Source: an uncultured Gammaproteobacteria bacterium (lineage in GTDB: Bacteria; Pseudomonadota; Gammaproteobacteria; Ga0077536). Taken from it: a DNA stretch of 64,000 nucleotides. Below, piece by piece: positions 22,507 through 34,549 of this stretch (positions are counted from its first letter, which is position 1; every line of letters begins with the position of its first letter). A program made the translations under genes and the position numbers. The DNA lies in NCBI GenBank assembly GCA_938075585.1, contig CALJHG010000026.1, forward strand, positions 20,303 through 84,302. The letters run 5' to 3'. Under the pieces are notes generated by a model that was given only the letters and a program-made list of their open reading frames with translations, was not told the DNA's origin and searched no databases.

Positions 22507-22565
22507 AATTGGCTTTCCATAAACGATTGCATAATAATAAGTTAATCTAAAATAAGGCGAAAATC

Positions 22566-22781
22566 ATGGCTGAACTACCCATCGTAAAACCGATTATAAT
22601 AGGCGTATTCTTTTTAATAGTGATAGCACTCGGTTCCGCAGGCCTAAGCCTTTTTAAAAAAGGCAGTACTCAGGGAACATCAACGGTAAAAGCATTAACC
22701 ATCCGGGTAACTTTATCAGTAATACTTCTACTCACAATTATCGGGCTATATCAATTCGGATTAATCTCCCCCAACGGGTAA
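22566..22781 (+). CDS. small twin-transmembrane-helix protein (DUF2909-like) embedded in cox cluster
   Basis: 71 aa with two hydrophobic helices; same position (between coxC and SURF1) as the small twin-TM gene in Pseudomonas-type cox clusters, but on the opposite strand here. Confidence 0.45.
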   Translation: MAELPIVKPIIIGVFFLIVIALGSAGLSLFKKGSTQGTSTVKALTIRVTLSVILLLTIIGLYQFGLISPNG

Positions 22782-22808
22782 AATTGATCAGTCTATTCAA
22801 ATTAAAAA

Positions 22809-23699
22809 TCAAACCCAATAGACAAATATAAACAGGCCTATCCAAACTACGTCAACAAAATGCCAATACCATGCACAAGCTTCAAACCCAAAATGATTTT
22901 CGTGCGTGAAGTGACCCTTAATACATCGTGCCAATATGGTTGCCAGCATTATTGTACCCATCGTCACGTGAAATCCATGAAAGCCAGTTAAAAGGAAAAA
23001 TGTGGCCCCATAGATGCCCGAATTAAGTGTTAAACCGAGCGCGTGATAGGCATGCCGATACTCTTCTGCCTGCATAGCTACAAAAATTATGCCTAGAATC
23101 ACAGTAACAGACAGACCTGCTATAAGGTGCTTTCTACTGCCAATTTTCAGCCCCCAGTGAGCCCAAGTGCACGTTACACCACTGGTTAATAAGATTAAAG
23201 TGTTCCAAAAAGGAACGCCCCAAGCGCCAATTACCTCTTTAAATTGCGTAAATCCATACGAATCAGGTGTATTAAATAAGGGCCACGCGGAAGCAAACTC
23301 AGGCCAAAGAAACTCATTGGTCGCTCCTCCAGAGCCCGCACCACCTAACCAAGGGATCGAGTACATCCTCGCATAATAAAGCGCGCCAAAGAATGCAGCG
23401 AAAAACATCACCTCGGAAAAGATAAACCACGCCATACCCATACGGAAGCTTACATCAACTTGCCCGTTATACGTACCCGCCTCACTTTCAGCAATGACAT
23501 CGCCAAACCAACCGAATAACATATATACAAATAAGATAAATCCCGCACTCAACACGTAAGGCCCAATATTAGCCCCATTCAAAAGAGTCGCACCACCTAC
23601 AAACATCGCAAAAATTGATACAGATGCAATTAGGGGCCAACGGCTGGAATCTGGCACATAATAGTCAGCGTTGGAATAAGTAATATTAGACTTTGACAT
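22809..23699 (-). CDS. coxC: cytochrome c oxidase subunit III
   Basis: 296 aa, 7-TM, typical CoxIII sequence (WHFVDVVWIGLF). Confidence 0.9.
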   Translation of the reverse strand: MSKSNITYSNADYYVPDSSRWPLIASVSIFAMFVGGATLLNGANIGPYVLSAGFILFVYMLFGWFGDVIAESEAGTYNGQVDVSFRMGMAWFIFSEVMFFAAFFGALYYARMYSIPWLGGAGSGGATNEFLWPEFASAWPLFNTPDSYGFTQFKEVIGAWGVPFWNTLILLTSGVTCTWAHWGLKIGSRKHLIAGLSVTVILGIIFVAMQAEEYRHAYHALGLTLNSGIYGATFFLLTGFHGFHVTMGTIMLATILARCIKGHFTHENHFGFEACAWYWHFVDVVWIGLFIFVYWV

Positions 23700-23755
23700 G
23701 CTTATTTATCTCTCAAATTTCGGTACAAAAATATCTTGTTAATTAGCTCTACACT

Positions 23756-24304
23756 TTAATCTACACTTGCTACATCTAGAGCCTCGAAAAAAGTATAACC
23801 TAAAGTTAATAATTTCACCTCCTGAGGAAGATCAGGATCGACCACAAATAACACGGGCATCGTTAATATCTGGTCTGGCTCTAACGATTGTTTAGTAAAA
23901 CAAAAACACTCTGTTTTGTTAAAAAACTTCGCAGCAGCATTTGGGGCCACACTCGGTACTGCATTACCTACTAAAGTATAATTAGCATTATTTTTAACAA
24001 TAAAATCAGCTCGTGTCTCAACGCCCGGCCGCACGAGCATCTTCTCTACCGTTGGCTCGAAATCCCAAGGCAGATCAGCACTAACGCTTGTAACAAATTC
24101 GACCTCCACGAGTCGGTCATCGTAAAGTTCTTTACTTCCAACATCTGCAGATACTATTCGACCCGTTTTCCCGTTTAATCCCGTAATCTCGCAAAAGACA
24201 TCGTAGAGAGGAACTAGTGAATACCCAAATCCAAACATTAAAACTGTCGCAAACAAAAGGAACCGCACAGTTTTAGAGTTAGCTTTTTTCTGCGACGCAT
24301 TCAT
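23756..24304 (-). CDS. ctaG: cytochrome c oxidase assembly protein CtaG/Cox11
   Basis: 182 aa; TM anchor plus Cox11 domain with CFCF copper-binding motif. Confidence 0.85.
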   Translation of the reverse strand: MNASQKKANSKTVRFLLFATVLMFGFGYSLVPLYDVFCEITGLNGKTGRIVSADVGSKELYDDRLVEVEFVTSVSADLPWDFEPTVEKMLVRPGVETRADFIVKNNANYTLVGNAVPSVAPNAAAKFFNKTECFCFTKQSLEPDQILTMPVLFVVDPDLPQEVKLLTLGYTFFEALDVASVD

Positions 24305-24418
24305 AATCTATAGCCTAGTCGCAATTCCCCATATATAAACACCTACTACTAATGCTAACAGGCCCAGTGCGGTGCGCACTGCTTTCTTCTTTCTGCTCTC
24401 ATCAGGGGTAAAACTCAC

Positions 24419-26020
24419 TTATCTGTGACCACCGGTAATACTTTCAGGGTCGGGAGCCTCTGTGAAGCTGTGGTAGGGCGGTGGAGACGAAAGAGTCCAC
24501 TCGAGACCTTGGGCGCCTTCCCAGACTTCGTCAGTAGCTTTTTCGCCACCTCTAATACACTTGACAACGATTATCACAAATAATATCTGGGAAATTCCGT
24601 AGCCTAGACCCCCTATGCTCGAAACCATATTAAAGTCTGCAAACTGAACTGCATAGTCTGGAATTCGCCTTGGCATTCCGGCTAACCCCAGAAAATGTTG
24701 CGGAAAAAACAAAACATTTACTGAAATCACAGATAACCAGAAGTGCCACTTCGCCAGCGTTTCGTTATACATATGCCCCGTCCATTTAGGCATCCAAAAA
24801 TAGGCCCCAGCCATAAGGGCGAATACAGCTCCCGTCACTAACACATAATGAAAGTGTGCTACCACGAAGTACGTATCATGGTACTGGAAGTCCACGGGCG
24901 TAACGCCTAGCATTAACCCGGAAAAACCACCAATTGTGAAAAGTATTACGAACCCTAAAGCAAACAACATTGGAGTTTCGAAGGTCATGGAACTCTGCCA
25001 CATAGTGGCAACCCAATTAAAGACTTTCACCCCTGTAGGTACCGCTATTAAAACCGTCGTGTACATGAAGAACAATTCCCCGGCCAATGGCATACCTACA
25101 GTAAACATGTGATGCGCCCAAACAATAAAACTCAAAAACGCTATCGCTCCTGTCGCATAAACCATCGAGCTATAACCAAATAGTGGTTTGCGGGCAAAAG
25201 TGGGAATTATGGCAGAAACTATGCCAAATGCGGGTAGGATAAGAATATAGACCTCGGGATGTCCAAAGAACCAAAAAATATGTTGGAACATAACCGGATC
25301 ACCGCCCCCTGCGGCACTGAAAAATGCGGTTCCGAAAAACTTATCAGTAAGCAACATCGTCACGGCACCTGCCAAGACAGGAATCGACGCAATTAAAAGA
25401 AACCCGGTTATTATCCAAGTCCACACAAATAGGGGCAATTTCATTAGCGTCATCCCCGGAGCTCGCATGTTAAACACCGTAGCAACCACGTTAATGGCTC
25501 CCGCAATGGAGGATGCGCCCATAAAATGCACCGCAAAAATCAAGAACGGAAAGGCATCACCAGTTTGTAACACCAACGGTGGATACATTGTCCAACCACC
25601 AGCAGGTGCGCCACCCGGCATGAACAACGTGCTCAAAAGCATAGTAAAAGCAAACGGCAAGATCCAAAAACTCCAGTTGTTTAATCGAGGCAATGCCATA
25701 TCTGGCGCCCCAATCATCATAGGAATCATCCAATTAGCAAAACCAGTCCAGGCCGGCATCACCGCACCAAAAATCATAATTAGCGCATGCATAGTAACCA
25801 TAGAATTATAAAATTGCGGATCTACGAACTGCAATCCTGGCTGAAAAAGTTCTAACCTAATGATCATTGCCATAGTGCCGCCGATGAAAAACATCACCAA
25901 CGAGAACAAAAGATAGAGCGTTCCAATATCTTTATGATTTGTCGTAGTCAACCAGCGCATAATTCCTGTGGCATGCGCCCCGTGGTGATCGTCGTGGTGG
26001 TGCGTCGCAACCTCACTCAT
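24419..26020 (-). CDS. coxA: cytochrome c oxidase subunit I
   Basis: 533 aa; heme-copper oxidase signature (GHPEVY, HHMF). Confidence 0.95.
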   Translation of the reverse strand: MSEVATHHHDDHHGAHATGIMRWLTTTNHKDIGTLYLLFSLVMFFIGGTMAMIIRLELFQPGLQFVDPQFYNSMVTMHALIMIFGAVMPAWTGFANWMIPMMIGAPDMALPRLNNWSFWILPFAFTMLLSTLFMPGGAPAGGWTMYPPLVLQTGDAFPFLIFAVHFMGASSIAGAINVVATVFNMRAPGMTLMKLPLFVWTWIITGFLLIASIPVLAGAVTMLLTDKFFGTAFFSAAGGGDPVMFQHIFWFFGHPEVYILILPAFGIVSAIIPTFARKPLFGYSSMVYATGAIAFLSFIVWAHHMFTVGMPLAGELFFMYTTVLIAVPTGVKVFNWVATMWQSSMTFETPMLFALGFVILFTIGGFSGLMLGVTPVDFQYHDTYFVVAHFHYVLVTGAVFALMAGAYFWMPKWTGHMYNETLAKWHFWLSVISVNVLFFPQHFLGLAGMPRRIPDYAVQFADFNMVSSIGGLGYGISQILFVIIVVKCIRGGEKATDEVWEGAQGLEWTLSSPPPYHSFTEAPDPESITGGHR

Positions 26021-26060
26021 GATTTAACCTCTAAATTAGTATATTGTTGTTGGTGCATTA

Positions 26061-26939
26061 TTACTCGCCGGAGTTGATTTTTTTGGCCTCAGTCAGAACT
26101 ATAGAGTTCATCTGGTCAAGGGCTTTAGAATCATTAATCACGAGAGCTTTTTCCTCAGTTTTTTTCGCAATCCACGCTAAATAATCAGCCTCCGGAACGG
26201 CCTCAACGACTATAGGCATGAAACCATGATCCTTGCCACATAGCTCGGCGCACTGACCGCGGTATACTCCCGGCTCCTGTATCAATGCCCATGATTCATT
26301 AATAAATCCAGGTATCGCATCTCTTTTCCACCCCAGCGCAGGAACCCACCATGCATGGATAACATCGCCTGCTGTAGTGAGAAACCGAATCTTTTTATTA
26401 GTTGGAACAACTAAATAGTTATCAACATCTCTAAGGTAGTGGTCGACATCGAATGGATCTAACTCAGCCCCTCTCTGCCTGGCTATATTAGAGTCTTTAT
26501 GTATAGTGCTATAAAAACTGACATCTTCGCCAATATAATCGTAATGCCACTTCCACTGATAGCCAGTCACTTTGATGGTCATATCAGCGTTTGAGACATC
26601 TTCCATCATAATAAGCGATTTAGTCGCAGGGACCGCTACAGCAATCAATATCGCGAAAGGAATAACCGTCCACAAGACTTCGACTTTTGTGCTGTGGTGC
26701 CAATTGGCTGCTTTTGCACCACGCGATTTTCTATGCACAAATATGGAGTAAAACATCGCTCCGAACACGACCACACCTATCGCACAGACAATCCACAACA
26801 CGTACATATGTAAATCGTAAATATCTTGGCTAAACGGAGTGACACCGCGCGGCAAGTTTAATTCCCAGTCGGCAAAACATGCAGCAGGAATTAATGCGAG
26901 TATCAATGATATAAAAATATTTTTACTTAAAAGATTCAT
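26061..26939 (-). CDS. coxB: cytochrome c oxidase subunit II
   Basis: 292 aa; CuA site H...CAELCGKDHGFM. Confidence 0.9.
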   Translation of the reverse strand: MNLLSKNIFISLILALIPAACFADWELNLPRGVTPFSQDIYDLHMYVLWIVCAIGVVVFGAMFYSIFVHRKSRGAKAANWHHSTKVEVLWTVIPFAILIAVAVPATKSLIMMEDVSNADMTIKVTGYQWKWHYDYIGEDVSFYSTIHKDSNIARQRGAELDPFDVDHYLRDVDNYLVVPTNKKIRFLTTAGDVIHAWWVPALGWKRDAIPGFINESWALIQEPGVYRGQCAELCGKDHGFMPIVVEAVPEADYLAWIAKKTEEKALVINDSKALDQMNSIVLTEAKKINSGE

Positions 26940-27192
26940 TTAGTACTATCTCCGTGCTTATCTATTCGAGAAGCACGCACAAATTATTATAGATTTAACA
27001 CGAAAAATTATGCTTTGTTCAACATTACAACATTTCTTTGCTAGGCTCCCAGAAAATATTACGCCTGAACTAAAAATTCAGACCAGTTTGCGTTAAGTAT
27101 ATTAACCTTTTTTATTTGCCGCGTTAACTGAAAACATAATATAACAGATAACCGACCATGAGATTAAACATTTAAACCCGCGTAAGCCAAAA

Positions 27193-27876
27193 TTATTCAG
27201 CCACTTTCAAAATTTGTTTTACGAAATTATCCATCACTTCGAGATCCCCATTCGTATCTCCACCAAAGTCACAGCGCATTAGAAGTGGCGAATCAATTTT
27301 TGATTCCAAATAACTGATATTTCCTCCCGGGTCATGCATTAACGGATCCAAAACGTTTGCAACCCAGCCTAAGAACCTTAATCCAGAGGCCTTGATAGCT
27401 TCCGCCGTAAGCACCGCATGATTGATACAACCAAGTTTAACCCCCACCACTAGAACCACCGGCAACCCCAGCGTGGTAGCTAGATCGGCGACACTGTCCG
27501 ACGCACTTAACGGCGCTCTCCAACCTCCAACCCCTTCCACTACCAGATAATCGGTAGCGATTTTACAAAGATTATAAGCGTCTACTATCTTGCCTAGACG
27601 GATCGGCTCATTTGCCTCTAAAGCGGCAATATGCGGCGAGCAGGCGGGAGTAAAAAGGTAGGGATTACGCAGCTTTTGCCCTAGCGCGACGTTTGATGCC
27701 TCCAACAAGATTTGATCATCCTCATGAATCAATTTATCTTCTAACTTTTCAGCACCAGTCGCCACCGGTTTCATCCCAGCAACCTGATACCCTTGCATTG
27801 CTATCGCCCGAATTAATAGAGCACTAACGTAGGTTTTTCCACACCCTGTGTCCGTCCCAGTTATAAATATACTCAT
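27193..27876 (-). CDS. bioD: dethiobiotin synthetase
   Basis: 227 aa; ITGTDTGCGKTYVS P-loop. Confidence 0.9.
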   Translation of the reverse strand: MSIFITGTDTGCGKTYVSALLIRAIAMQGYQVAGMKPVATGAEKLEDKLIHEDDQILLEASNVALGQKLRNPYLFTPACSPHIAALEANEPIRLGKIVDAYNLCKIATDYLVVEGVGGWRAPLSASDSVADLATTLGLPVVLVVGVKLGCINHAVLTAEAIKASGLRFLGWVANVLDPLMHDPGGNISYLESKIDSPLLMRCDFGGDTNGDLEVMDNFVKQILKVAE

Positions 27877-28736
27877 CTTTTTTTTAACCGTGACAAAGGA
27901 AAAGTATGGCCAGCATTCGCTTTTTGTTTGGCACGATCAAGGGCCCAGGCGTGACCGATAATTACTTCGTAGGTGGCGGGAATCTTGTTGTCTCGACGAA
28001 GTTGATCATAAGCCTTAATCATTCCAGCCAACCTTTCCTTTCCCATCAATGCTTTTTGCCTGCCACGAGACACATTGGAGGCACCTATCCCTTTCAAATC
28101 TCGCATCAATTCCATCACATCTTCATACTCGACGATTATCCTCTCAGTCGTTAGCACAGGGTCAGAAAACCCCTGGGCAGATAATATGTCGCCAACTTCA
28201 TGCATATCTAAGAATTCGTTTACGTGAGGAATCGAAGAAACAGAATCAAATGAACTCCTGAGTTCATGGAGCGTATCTGGGCCTAAGGTAGCAAACAAAA
28301 ATAGTCCACCCGGACTTAGAACCCTCCTTATTTCGGCGAAAGACAATCCTAACTGCTGGCTCCACTGTAACGCTAAGCTAGTAAAAGCTAGATCAATCTG
28401 CCCATCGGCGATTGGCAGTGCCTCCATGTCACCACAAATATACCGTTCCCGAGAAAATAACTTTACCTTTTTGTTGTAACGAGCTTTTACAAGCATTCTA
28501 ATCGCAAAATCAACCAAGTATATTTTAGATTTCTTAAATTTTCGCCCCAAAAGCCTTGAAAACCGTCCAGTCCCAGCACCTAGATCAGCGATTCTTTGGG
28601 GATTAACTACTAGCATATCTAACTGCTGAAGGACTCTAGAACCAACCTCTCTTTGCAAAAAATCGTGCGTATCATAGGTACCTGCGGCACGATTGAACGA
28701 CGCCATTGTGCTTTTTTTGTCAAGTGAGGCGGTCAT
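27873..28736 (-). CDS. bioC: malonyl-[ACP] O-methyltransferase
   Basis: 287 aa; SAM-binding motif DLGAGTGRFS and a BioC-like N-terminus (FNRAAGTYD); overlaps bioF and bioD by 4 nt each. Confidence 0.8.
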   Translation of the reverse strand: MTASLDKKSTMASFNRAAGTYDTHDFLQREVGSRVLQQLDMLVVNPQRIADLGAGTGRFSRLLGRKFKKSKIYLVDFAIRMLVKARYNKKVKLFSRERYICGDMEALPIADGQIDLAFTSLALQWSQQLGLSFAEIRRVLSPGGLFLFATLGPDTLHELRSSFDSVSSIPHVNEFLDMHEVGDILSAQGFSDPVLTTERIIVEYEDVMELMRDLKGIGASNVSRGRQKALMGKERLAGMIKAYDQLRRDNKIPATYEVIIGHAWALDRAKQKANAGHTFPLSRLKKR

Positions 28737-29902
28737 AACCGACAGGAGAGTGCGTCTTTAATGGCTTGAATCAAACTAAGAATATCATCATGATTATGAC
28801 TTGACGTTATTGTGAGTCTTATTCGCGATGTCCCGGGTGGTACAGTCGGTGGTCTTATAGGACGAACATAGAAGCCTCTTTTCATGAGATAATTTGCCAC
28901 AGCAATAGTTTTTTCTTCCTTCCCAAAAATAATAGGTTGTATCGGAGAATCGCTGTCTTGTAATTGAATTCCGGCTTCTCTGGCTAGTCGGCGGAAAAAC
29001 CTTATATTTTCGAACAGAGACTGCCGTCTTTTAGGGCAGGCCTCTAGAAGGGTTAACGACTCTAGCGCGGCGGCCACACATAACGGAGGCATCGCCGTAT
29101 CATATATATAAGTCCGAGCTTTTTGCACTAAAAGATCGATAACCTCATTTGAGCCGAGGATTGCTGCTCCCATAGAACCCAACGCCTTGCCAAATGTAAT
29201 CATGACTAACACAGAAGACGATAGTTGTGAGCCGCAACTTAAAATCCCCGCTGCACCTTTACCATTTCCTACTATCCCGAAGCCGTGCGCATCGTCAACG
29301 TAGAGCACGCTTTCGTTTTGGATCACATTGCCCAGCAATGAGCTAAGGTCAATTAAATCGCCGTCCATGCTAAATACTGATTCAGTAACGAGCATTTTTA
29401 CGTCGCGATCCTGAATACTGGATAAATCCGGTGTTTTCCCATGGGGATATCTTTTATGGGCTGCTTTACTAGCCAGAACGCCATCTATTAACGAGGCATG
29501 ATTCAACTTGTCGTGAAATATAAAATCCTTCCGGCCCATCAACGCGGGAATAGCGCCTGTATTCGCCAAGTAACCAGACGAAAAAATTAATGCACTCTCA
29601 GACCCCGCGAAACGAGCTAATTCCTTTTCTAGCTCCGCATGCAGAGAACTTCGACCAGATAATAACGAAGCTGAACCAGAACCAACCCCAAATTTCTTGA
29701 CCTCGTCAGAAACGCGCTGGATAACCGCTTCATCCGAAGACATTCCAAGGTAATCATTACTACAAAAATTAATCAGTTCGCGGCCATCGAGCTCGATTCG
29801 CCCACCTTGACGACTTCTGCGCGCATCAAGTGTTCTCAGTAAATTTCTTTCGGTTAAATCAGATATCTGCCGCGAGACTCTCCTTAAAAAACCAGCACTC
29901 AC
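28733..29902 (-). CDS. bioF: 8-amino-7-oxononanoate synthase
   Basis: 389 aa PLP-dependent; BioF/KBL family. Confidence 0.85.
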   Translation of the reverse strand: MSAGFLRRVSRQISDLTERNLLRTLDARRSRQGGRIELDGRELINFCSNDYLGMSSDEAVIQRVSDEVKKFGVGSGSASLLSGRSSLHAELEKELARFAGSESALIFSSGYLANTGAIPALMGRKDFIFHDKLNHASLIDGVLASKAAHKRYPHGKTPDLSSIQDRDVKMLVTESVFSMDGDLIDLSSLLGNVIQNESVLYVDDAHGFGIVGNGKGAAGILSCGSQLSSSVLVMITFGKALGSMGAAILGSNEVIDLLVQKARTYIYDTAMPPLCVAAALESLTLLEACPKRRQSLFENIRFFRRLAREAGIQLQDSDSPIQPIIFGKEEKTIAVANYLMKRGFYVRPIRPPTVPPGTSRIRLTITSSHNHDDILSLIQAIKDALSCRL

Positions 29903-29913
29903 CCCTAAGCCAA

Positions 29914-30903
29914 CTAATTGTGAGTGCTTAAGGACGCATTCAAGCCTAGAGAGCTGAATAACTCGTTATCTGCAACTACCACAGGGTTATCAGTTGTAAG
30001 AAGTGAATCACCATAAAATATAGAATTTGCGCCCGCAAAGAAACTAAGAGCCTGCGTCTCATCTGTCATACTCGTTCGGCCTGCGCTTAATCTCACGAAT
30101 GACTTAGGCATCATAATTCGTGCCGCCGCAATCGTTTTTACAAAGTCGATAGGGTGAACCGCGTTCGCCTCGGCCAAAGGAGTCCCTTTTACCCGTACTA
30201 ACAGGTTAATAGGGACAGATTGAGGTTGTACCGGCATATTAGCAAGCTGTCGCAATAATTCGGCCCGATCAGCCACGGCTTCTCCTAACCCAACTATACC
30301 CCCACAACAAACATTTATATCAGCATTTCTGACATTTTCTAGGGTGTCTAGCCTGTCTTGATAAGTTCGCGTGGTGATAACCTCTCCATAAAATTCCGGA
30401 GATGTATCTAAATTATGGTTATAATAATCCAATCCGGCATTCGCCAAACGCCTCGCCTGCATGTCGTTCAACATACCTAGCGTCACACATGTCTCCATCC
30501 CTAAATCTCTCACGGCCTCTATCAAAGGCACGACAGCATCGAGATCCTTATCCTTCGGAGATCTCCAAGCAGCACCCATGCAAAACCGAGTTGCTCCAGC
30601 AGCTTGGGCAGCCCTAGCAGATTCTAACACCGTCTCTTTATCCATAACCGGAGTAACTTCAACATTCGTGTCGAAACGAACGCTTTGGGGACAGTAGGAG
30701 CAGTCTTCCGGACACTTACCACTTTTGATGTTTAATAGCGTACTTAATTGTACCTCGTTTGGGTCAAAATTCTCCCTGTGTACAGTGTGTGCTTTGAATA
30801 ACAAATCGTTGAAGGGCAGGTCAAACAATTTCTCAGCTTGCTGCTTACTCCACAATTCTTCATCTGCTATACCCGCTTTCGATATGTTCTGGACGGAAAC
30901 CAT
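29914..30903 (-). CDS. bioB: biotin synthase
   Basis: 329 aa; radical-SAM CPEDCSYC motif and BioB C-terminal domain. Confidence 0.95.
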   Translation of the reverse strand: MVSVQNISKAGIADEELWSKQQAEKLFDLPFNDLLFKAHTVHRENFDPNEVQLSTLLNIKSGKCPEDCSYCPQSVRFDTNVEVTPVMDKETVLESARAAQAAGATRFCMGAAWRSPKDKDLDAVVPLIEAVRDLGMETCVTLGMLNDMQARRLANAGLDYYNHNLDTSPEFYGEVITTRTYQDRLDTLENVRNADINVCCGGIVGLGEAVADRAELLRQLANMPVQPQSVPINLLVRVKGTPLAEANAVHPIDFVKTIAAARIMMPKSFVRLSAGRTSMTDETQALSFFAGANSIFYGDSLLTTDNPVVVADNELFSSLGLNASLSTHN

Positions 30904-30943
30904 GCCAACACCCCTTAATGGCCAACCGATAAACAGCGGCGCT

Positions 30944-30977
30944 TCGTAAACTATTTAATGTAATGAAAAGTTTACCA
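30944..30977 (-). promoter_or_regulatory. putative BirA operator (bioO-like inverted repeat) in the bioB promoter region
   Basis: About 40-75 nt upstream of the bioB start on the minus strand reads TGGTAAAC-N18-GTTTACGA. This is an imperfect palindrome of the same type as E. coli bioO (TGTAAACC-N-GGTTTACA). Confidence 0.5.
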
Positions 30978-31050
30978 TTGCTCGGCGAAAAAGCAACTCC
31001 TCTACAATCAACAACCTAAAAATTGAAAGTAAGTGCCTACTTTTACCACA

Positions 31051-33450
<2,400 letters not shown>

Positions 33451-34542
33451 TTACTCCATTTGATCATGGTTTTTATGCCGTATTTGATCCAATTGTAATA
33501 CAGCATCCACATTTTTACTAAAACCGACAAGTTCCGCTGACCGAATAGATGTTAACACTACTTGACCCTCTTGCTTCAAAAGCATATTTAAAACCGAAGT
33601 AATAAAAACATCGTCCAATTCAGCAGCAATATCATCCACTAAAATAAGAGGTTTTTTTGCGGTCTTCTGAAAAATATACTTCGCCAAGCTGCACAAAACG
33701 AAACACACCAAGAATTTAGACTGTCCACCACTTAAATTCCGCGCGACTGGTCCATTTTTATCACAAAGAGCAAGATCGGCCCTATGCGGACCAACCGTAG
33801 TATAGCCAAGCTGCTCATCCCTTTCCCAAGATTGCGATAAACATAAACGATAGCCTTTCTCCCTATTCCAACCTGGCGAATAACGAAAATACAACCCCCC
33901 AAAAAATCTGCTTATGGTTTTACCCTTAAGCTCAGCATTTAACCTAAGTACAATGTCTTCCCTTTTCCTATCTATTTCTTCACCAACAGATAGCAACTGC
34001 TCATTCCAAGCCCTATGAATTTTTCGAAGATTTCTTCCACGAATTAATTGGTTTCTTTGTCTAAGGGCGCGTCTATATTTCTTCCACTCTTCGATATAAC
34101 TTGGTTCCACGTGGAACATAGTTTTATCTAGGAGAGCCCTTCGTTTGTCCGGTCCTTCAGTCAACAATGTAGCGGCATGGGATGTAATCACTATAGCCGG
34201 TGCGCTCCTTGCTAACTCTGAGGCTTTTTTTACCGGGTTACCATTCACAGTAATCTCAGTTTTTACGCCTTTTTTCCTTACATGTATGTTCACGGGATCG
34301 CTTATACCCGTCTTCCCTGAAGCGATAACCGACGCCCCCGGCGCCCCTCTCCTAACAATATCTCCAGATCTATTTGAAACGAACGATTTTCCTTGGCAGA
34401 CCAAGCTAATCGCCTCCAGAGCGGTAGTTTTTCCAGTCCCATTTCCGCCCGATATAACGGTGCTTTTCTTTCCCAATGTTACATCTAGACGTTCAAAGCA
34501 ACGTAGGTTATTAATTTGGACAGTTTTTAATAACATCTCCAA
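33451..34542 (-). CDS. recF: DNA replication and repair protein RecF
   Basis: 363 aa; Walker A GGNGTGKTT and an ABC-signature-like LSGGQ motif. Confidence 0.9.
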   Translation of the reverse strand: MEMLLKTVQINNLRCFERLDVTLGKKSTVISGGNGTGKTTALEAISLVCQGKSFVSNRSGDIVRRGAPGASVIASGKTGISDPVNIHVRKKGVKTEITVNGNPVKKASELARSAPAIVITSHAATLLTEGPDKRRALLDKTMFHVEPSYIEEWKKYRRALRQRNQLIRGRNLRKIHRAWNEQLLSVGEEIDRKREDIVLRLNAELKGKTISRFFGGLYFRYSPGWNREKGYRLCLSQSWERDEQLGYTTVGPHRADLALCDKNGPVARNLSGGQSKFLVCFVLCSLAKYIFQKTAKKPLILVDDIAAELDDVFITSVLNMLLKQEGQVVLTSIRSAELVGFSKNVDAVLQLDQIRHKNHDQME

Positions 34543-34549
34543 ATTGATC

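Noticed and set aside
26940-27192. Possible tRNA or small RNA gene, or FNR/ANR box, in the 253-bp bioD-coxB spacer; other spacers >150 bp were checked in the same way
   Set aside because: No T-loop-like GTTCGA/GGTTCGANTCC motifs or cloverleaf-compatible repeats were found. The TTGTTCAACATTACAACA segment does not match TTGAT-N4-ATCAA.
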